From the NCBI RefSeq assembly GCF_001457595.1, contig NZ_LN831039.1:6330001-6362000 (forward strand): 32,000 nucleotides of DNA, read 5' to 3'. This stretch comes from Mycolicibacterium smegmatis (GTDB lineage Bacteria > Actinomycetota > Actinomycetes > Mycobacteriales > Mycobacteriaceae). Made by a program: the position numbers and the translations under genes. The notes beneath the pieces are model-generated. The model searched no databases. It saw only the letters and a program-made list of their open reading frames with translations, and had not been told where the DNA came from. Position 1 is the first letter of the stretch. Every line of letters begins with the position of its first letter. This document shows positions 26,318-32,000 of this stretch, piece by piece.

Positions 26318-28315
26318 CTACCCGTCGATGCGCCGGGCCCCGAGTTCGTTCTGCAGCAGTTCGAGCGCCACCTCTTCGGGGTCGCGGCGCGGCATCGACT
26401 CCGACGGCTCGGCGGCCGCCTCGGCCAGCATGTCGTCCTCCTCGGCACGCGCGATCTCGACCGGATCCGGGGCGGGCGCCTGCGGGGCCGCGCCACCGGT
26501 CGCCGCGGGTGGGGCCGCCACTGCCGCTTCGGGTGCACCCGTGACGCAGCGGACCTTCCAGTTGACACCCAGCGCATCCTTGAGGGCCTCGCGGATCACC
26601 TCGGAGTTGCGCGATTCGGTGAGACGTTTGGCCAGGGGCGCCGACTCGTGGCTGAGCACCAGCGTGTCACCTTCGACTGCGCGCACGATCGCACCGGACA
26701 GCATCACCTCGGTGGTGCGGCTGCGCTGGCGGACCTTCTCGCGCACGGTCGACCACATGCTGCGCACCGCGGCGGCGTTGGGTTGCCCTGGCACAGAACC
26801 GGTTTCCGCTGCCGGGGCCGGCGCCGCAGGCGCTGCGGCAGGTACGGGTGCGGCAGGTGGGGGCGGCGCCACGGGTTCGGGCGCCGGGCGCGGTGGCGGC
26901 TCGGGGGCCGTGCGTGCCACGGGAGGCTCCGGACGCGGTGCCTGCGGAGCGGGAGCCGGTGCGGGCGGCGCGGCAACTGCGGGGGCCGGCGGCGCGGCAG
27001 GAGTGGGCGGCGCGGCAGGAGTGGGCGGCGTGGCCGGTGCGGGTTCGGCGGCAGGCGGCGAAGCGGCGGCGGCCTGGCTGCGACGCACGAACTGCTTGGC
27101 CGGTTCTGCGGGCGCAACGCCCGAGGACGCCTCGCCGGCCGGGATGGACATGTCGAGCCGGGTCTCGATGCGTTCGATGCGCTGCAGCAGCGCCGATTCG
27201 GTGTCGGCCGCCGACGGCAGCAGCAACCGCGCGCACATCACTTCGAGCAGCAGACGCGGCGCGGTGGCACCGCGCATCTCGCCGAGGCCCGCGTGCACCA
27301 CCTCGGCGTAACGGGTCAGCGTCCCCGCCCCGAGGCGTTCGGCCTGCTCACGCATCCGCTCAAGCACGTCGGTGGGCGCGTCGACCACGCCGCGGGTGAC
27401 GGCGTCGGGCACGGCCTGCAGCACGATCAGGTCGCGGAACCGTTCCAGCAGATCGGTGGCGAAGCGGCGCGGATCGTGGCCCGCGTCGACCACGGCCTCC
27501 ACGGCGCCGAACAGCGCCGCGGCGTCGTTCGCGGCGAGCGCCTCGACGGCGTCGTCGATGAGCGCCAGGTCGGTGGCCCCGAGCAGCGACAGCGCGCGCT
27601 GGTAGGTGATGTGGTTGCCGTTGGCGCCCTGCTCGGAACCGGCCAGCAGCTGGTCGAGCACCGAGAGCGTGTCACGCGGAGATCCGCCGCCGGCGCGGAT
27701 GACCAGCGGATACACGGCGTCGTCGACCTCAACGTTCTCCTCGGCGCAGATGCGCTCAAGAAGCGGCCGCATGGTGCGGGGCGCCAGCAGGCGGAACGGG
27801 TAGTGGTGCGTGCGCGAGCGGATGGTCGGCAGCACCTTTTCGGGTTCGGTGGTGGCGAACACGAAGATCAGGTGGTCCGGCGGCTCCTCGACGATCTTGA
27901 GCAGCGCGTTGAAGCCGGCCGTGGTGACCATGTGCGCCTCGTCGACGATGAAGATGCGGTACCGCGACTGGGCCGGCGCGTAGAACGCGCGGTCGCGCAG
28001 TTCGCGGGTGTCGTCCACACCGCCGTGGCTGGCCGCGTCGAGTTCGACGACGTCGACGTTGCCGGGCCCGTTGGGCGCCAGCGCCACGCACGAGTCGCAC
28101 ACGCCGCACGGCGTCGGCGTCGGCCCCTGCTCACAGTTGAGCGAGCGGGCCAGGATGCGCGCCGACGACGTCTTACCGCAGCCGCGCGGACCCGAGAACA
28201 GGTACGCGTGGTTGATCCGGCCCGCGGTGAGCGCAGTGCACAGCGGCTCGGTGACATGCTCCTGCCCAACAACTTCGGAGAAGGTTGCCGGGCGGTACTT
28301 GCGGTAGAGAGCCAC
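26318..28315 (-). CDS. dnaX: DNA polymerase III subunits gamma/tau
   Basis: MALYRKYRPATFSEVVGQEHVTEPL…AYLFSGPRGCGKTSSARILARSLNC…DVVELDAASHGGVDDTRELRD…DEAHMVTTAGFNALLKIVEEPP; Pro/Ala-rich linker; C-terminal tau-like part. Confidence 0.98.
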   Translation of the reverse strand: MALYRKYRPATFSEVVGQEHVTEPLCTALTAGRINHAYLFSGPRGCGKTSSARILARSLNCEQGPTPTPCGVCDSCVALAPNGPGNVDVVELDAASHGGVDDTRELRDRAFYAPAQSRYRIFIVDEAHMVTTAGFNALLKIVEEPPDHLIFVFATTEPEKVLPTIRSRTHHYPFRLLAPRTMRPLLERICAEENVEVDDAVYPLVIRAGGGSPRDTLSVLDQLLAGSEQGANGNHITYQRALSLLGATDLALIDDAVEALAANDAAALFGAVEAVVDAGHDPRRFATDLLERFRDLIVLQAVPDAVTRGVVDAPTDVLERMREQAERLGAGTLTRYAEVVHAGLGEMRGATAPRLLLEVMCARLLLPSAADTESALLQRIERIETRLDMSIPAGEASSGVAPAEPAKQFVRRSQAAAASPPAAEPAPATPPTPAAPPTPAAPPAPAVAAPPAPAPAPQAPRPEPPVARTAPEPPPRPAPEPVAPPPPAAPVPAAAPAAPAPAAETGSVPGQPNAAAVRSMWSTVREKVRQRSRTTEVMLSGAIVRAVEGDTLVLSHESAPLAKRLTESRNSEVIREALKDALGVNWKVRCVTGAPEAAVAAPPAATGGAAPQAPAPDPVEIARAEEDDMLAEAAAEPSESMPRRDPEEVALELLQNELGARRIDG

Positions 28316-28341
28316 GGGTGAAGGCTACCGATAGGTCCCGA

Positions 28342-29682
<1,341 letters not shown>

Positions 29683-29685
29683 TCA

Positions 29686-29778
29686 AGGGGACCCCGCGCA
29701 CCCGCCAGAGCCCGTTGACCCTTGCTGCCTTCCGGCCCTGGGGGAGTTCACAGGATGGACGCCGCGCGGGGTCCACGA
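29686..29778 (-). ncRNA. ffs: Bacterial small signal recognition particle RNA (4.5S-type)
   Basis: Minus strand reads GGACCCCGCGC…CCAGGGCCGGAAGGCAGCAAGGGUCAACGGGCUCUGG…GCGCGGGGUCC. Conserved SRP apical loop core with perfectly pairing ends (29689-29699 with 29764-29774). Exact ends approximate. Confidence 0.9.
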
Positions 29779-29846
29779 TGAGTGTAGTACGTGCCGCCGA
29801 CCCCGAGTTTTCGGGACAGGTGGGGGCTTCGGTTACCATTGCCGAC

Positions 29847-29932
29847 GGAGGATTCGCCTAGTGGCCTATGGCGCTCGCCTGGAACGCGGGTTGGGTTAAT
29901 AGCCCTCGCGGGTTCAAATCCCGCATCCTCCG
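29847..29932 (+). tRNA. tRNA-Ser(GGA)
   Basis: Acceptor GGAGGAT/ATCCTCC, anticodon stem-loop CTCGC-CTGGAAC-GCGGG (anticodon GGA), long variable arm GGG…CCC, T-arm GCGGGTTCAAATCCCGC. CCA not encoded. Confidence 0.95.
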
Positions 29933-29940
29933 CACGAGGT

Positions 29941-29986
29941 CCCGGGGTGCGACCAGGAGCTTCACAGCTCCCGGTCGCACCCCGGG
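29941..29986. terminator. Very strong hairpin between tRNA-Ser and the LucA-like gene
   Basis: CCCGGGGTGCGACC (29941-29954) pairs perfectly with GGTCGCACCCCGGG (29973-29986); inner stem GGAGC/GCTCC with loop TTCACA. No U-tract. Confidence 0.7.
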
Positions 29987-30009
29987 CCATAGCTGGACCA
30001 AGGAGGAGT

Positions 30010-30879
30010 ATGGGCCGCACCGTCGCGGTGACCTGGCATGTGGCGTCCACCCTCATTGCCGCCGGCCTGTTCTTCTTCTTCGTCATCCCCCGCTGGCCCG
30101 AGTTGATGGGTGAGACGTCGCCCACGCTGGGAACGGTTCTGCGGATCGTGACCGGCGTGCTGGTCGCGCTCACCGCTCTGCCGGTCGTGTTCACGCTCCT
30201 GCGCACCCGCCGCCCGGAGCTCGGTACGCCCGAACTCGCGTTGCGGCTTCGCACCACCTCGATCGTGTTCCACGTCCTCGCGGGTGTGCTGATCGTCGGC
30301 ACCGCGATCGCCGAGATCTGGGTGTCGCTCGACAGTGCCGGTTCGTGGCTTTTCGGTATCTACGGCGCCGCGGCGGCCCTCGCCCTGCTGGGCGCCTTCG
30401 GCTTCTACCTCGCCTTCATCGCCGAGCTGCCGCCCCCGCCGCCGAAACCGGTCAAGCCCAAGGTCAACGCCGTGCGGCGCAACACGCGCGCGGCCAAGGA
30501 CACGGCGGACGCCGACGAGATCGACAAAGACGCGGCCGACGAAGACGAGGCCGGCGAAGGCGAAGACGCCACCGAGCGGGCCGAGGACAGCGCGGACGAA
30601 CCGTCGGACGACACCGCTGTGGAGGCGTCCGACGAGGACGCCGACCAGACCGAGGACGCGACGTCCGAGAACAACGACGAGCCGAGAGCCGCCGAACCCG
30701 AGTCGAAAGCTGTCGAGCCCGAGTCCACGGCAGTGGAAGCCGAGAGCCTCGACGGCGCCGACACCGACGATTCGTCGGGCGGCAAACTGCGCAACCGACG
30801 GCCGTCGAACAAGGCGAACAAGGGTGGCAGCTCGCGGTTCCGGCGGCGCTCCCGCGGCGGCATCACAGTCGAGGAGTGA
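30010..30879 (+). CDS. Membrane protein with acidic/basic low-complexity C-terminal tail, LucA (Rv3723)-like
   Basis: AGGAGGAG RBS. TM segments (TLIAAGLFFFFVIPRW; VLRIVTGVLVALTALPVVF; IVFHVLAGVLIVGTAIAEIWV; FGIYGAAAALALLGAFGFYLAFIAELPPPPPKP); acidic tail ends in KLRNRRPSNKANKGGSSRFRRRSRGG. Confidence 0.75.
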   Translation: MGRTVAVTWHVASTLIAAGLFFFFVIPRWPELMGETSPTLGTVLRIVTGVLVALTALPVVFTLLRTRRPELGTPELALRLRTTSIVFHVLAGVLIVGTAIAEIWVSLDSAGSWLFGIYGAAAALALLGAFGFYLAFIAELPPPPPKPVKPKVNAVRRNTRAAKDTADADEIDKDAADEDEAGEGEDATERAEDSADEPSDDTAVEASDEDADQTEDATSENNDEPRAAEPESKAVEPESTAVEAESLDGADTDDSSGGKLRNRRPSNKANKGGSSRFRRRSRGGITVEE

Positions 30880-30923
30880 GCGCGCGCGTCGACAGCGACG
30901 TCAGTCGCCGCCAAGATGGGTGC

Positions 30924-31946
30924 ATGGGCAAACCACGCTCGCGACAATTCGGATCGGTGATCCTCGCGGCCCTCGTCGCTTTCGCGACGCTGCTGCTTCC
31001 CGCGGCACCGGCCGCCGCTGAACCCGCTGACCCGCTTGCCGCGGCGGCCGCGGTGGAACCCGCGGTGGCCCGCATCGACACGGTCGTCGACTATCAGCAG
31101 GCCTACGGCGTCGGCACCGGTTTCGTCCTGTCGCCCAACGGCGAGGTGCTCACCAACTACCACGTGGTGCAGGGTGCCAACACCATCAACGCCACGGTCA
31201 ACGGTGCATCGTTCATGGCCGATCTGGTGGGCTACAACCGCCGCGCCGACATCGCGGTGCTGCAGTTGCGCGGCGCAGGCGGGCTGCCGACCGCGTCGAT
31301 CGGCGATTCGCGCAGCCTGGTCGAGGGTGAACCCGTCGTCGCGCTGGGCAACGCGTACGGCTCCAACGCCCCGCTCACGCGTGAGGTCGGCACCGTCACG
31401 GCGTTCGGCCGGACCGTCAACGCCGAGGATTCCCTGACCGGCACCAAGGACGAACTGACCGGCCTGATCGAGTTCGCCGCACCCGTGCGCGCCGGCGACT
31501 CGGGCGGTCCCGTCGTCGACGGCGCAGGTCAGGTCGTCGGCGTGACGACGGCCGCGTCGGTGAACTTCCGCATGGGTCCCGGCGGCAAGGGCTTCGCGAT
31601 CCCGATCAACGACGCGATGGCCGTCGCCAACCAGATCCGGTCGCGCACCCCGTCGCCGGAGGTCCACATCGGCCCGCCCACACTGCTGGGGGTCGGGGTG
31701 CGCACCGCGCAGCGGTCCGGTGGCGGCGTGATCATCCAGGACGTGCTGCGTGGTGGCCCCGCCGAGGCGGCGGGCCTGGTACCCGGCGACATCCTGATGT
31801 CCATCGAGGGCACCCCGCTGGATACGGCCCGCACGCTCACGCTGGTGCTCGACCAGCACTATCCGGGCGATGTGGTCGATCTCACGTGGCGTGATCGCGG
31901 CGGTTTCGACCGTAACGGCAAGGCCACGCTCGCGGCAGGTCCGTAA
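30924..31946 (+). CDS. Secreted trypsin/HtrA-like serine protease with PDZ domain (PepA-like)
   Basis: Signal peptide QFGSVILAALVAFATLLLPAAPAAAE; triad regions LTNYHVVQG, NRRADIAVLQL, APVRAGDSGGPVV; C-terminal PDZ (VIIQDVLRGGPAEAAGLVPGDILMSIEG). Confidence 0.9.
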   Translation: MGKPRSRQFGSVILAALVAFATLLLPAAPAAAEPADPLAAAAAVEPAVARIDTVVDYQQAYGVGTGFVLSPNGEVLTNYHVVQGANTINATVNGASFMADLVGYNRRADIAVLQLRGAGGLPTASIGDSRSLVEGEPVVALGNAYGSNAPLTREVGTVTAFGRTVNAEDSLTGTKDELTGLIEFAAPVRAGDSGGPVVDGAGQVVGVTTAASVNFRMGPGGKGFAIPINDAMAVANQIRSRTPSPEVHIGPPTLLGVGVRTAQRSGGGVIIQDVLRGGPAEAAGLVPGDILMSIEGTPLDTARTLTLVLDQHYPGDVVDLTWRDRGGFDRNGKATLAAGP

Positions 31947-32000
31947 GCGGAGAACACGGGGGCAGGCCTGGATAGGCTCAGTCCGTGGTCACACTCGACC

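Noticed and set aside
26318-28315. Programmed frameshift in dnaX (gamma/tau)
   Set aside because: No A-rich slippery sequence was noticed in this GC-rich gene. The single full-length frame appears to encode tau.

Overview
This 32 kb window has high GC content and a mycobacterial gene order. The families and synteny fit a fast-growing Mycobacterium/Mycolicibacterium such as M. smegmatis, matching the M. tuberculosis Rv3710-Rv3723 neighbourhood plus extra accessory genes to the left. Contents, left to right: (1) the 3' end of a probable nitroreductase. (2) A compact nitrogen-metabolism locus: an Amt ammonium transporter, a GlnT/GmaS-like glutamine synthetase-family enzyme, three split glutamate-synthase-like genes (glxBCD/mgsABC-like), a FAD-dependent amine-oxidase-like gene, an XRE-cupin regulator, a thiocyanate-hydrolase/Co-type nitrile-hydratase-like set (a beta+alpha fused subunit, the metal-binding gamma/alpha subunit, a small activator-like protein), and MgtE. 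(3) leuA, preceded by a putative leaderless Leu-Leu-Leu attenuator peptide with strong hairpins, then a large NAD-dependent GDH. (4) murT-gatD, recR, ybaB, an Ami1-like amidase, a FAD oxidoreductase/cyclopropane-synthase-like pair, dnaX, aspC, ffs, tRNA-Ser(GGA), a LucA-like membrane protein and a PepA-like secreted protease. The most interesting items are the thiocyanate-hydrolase-like cluster embedded in a gamma-glutamylamide-type amine/nitrogen locus, the putative leucine attenuator, and a pair of related hairpin repeats flanking a metallo-beta-lactamase-fold gene. All family calls come from motifs and recalled family sequences; no database search was run.
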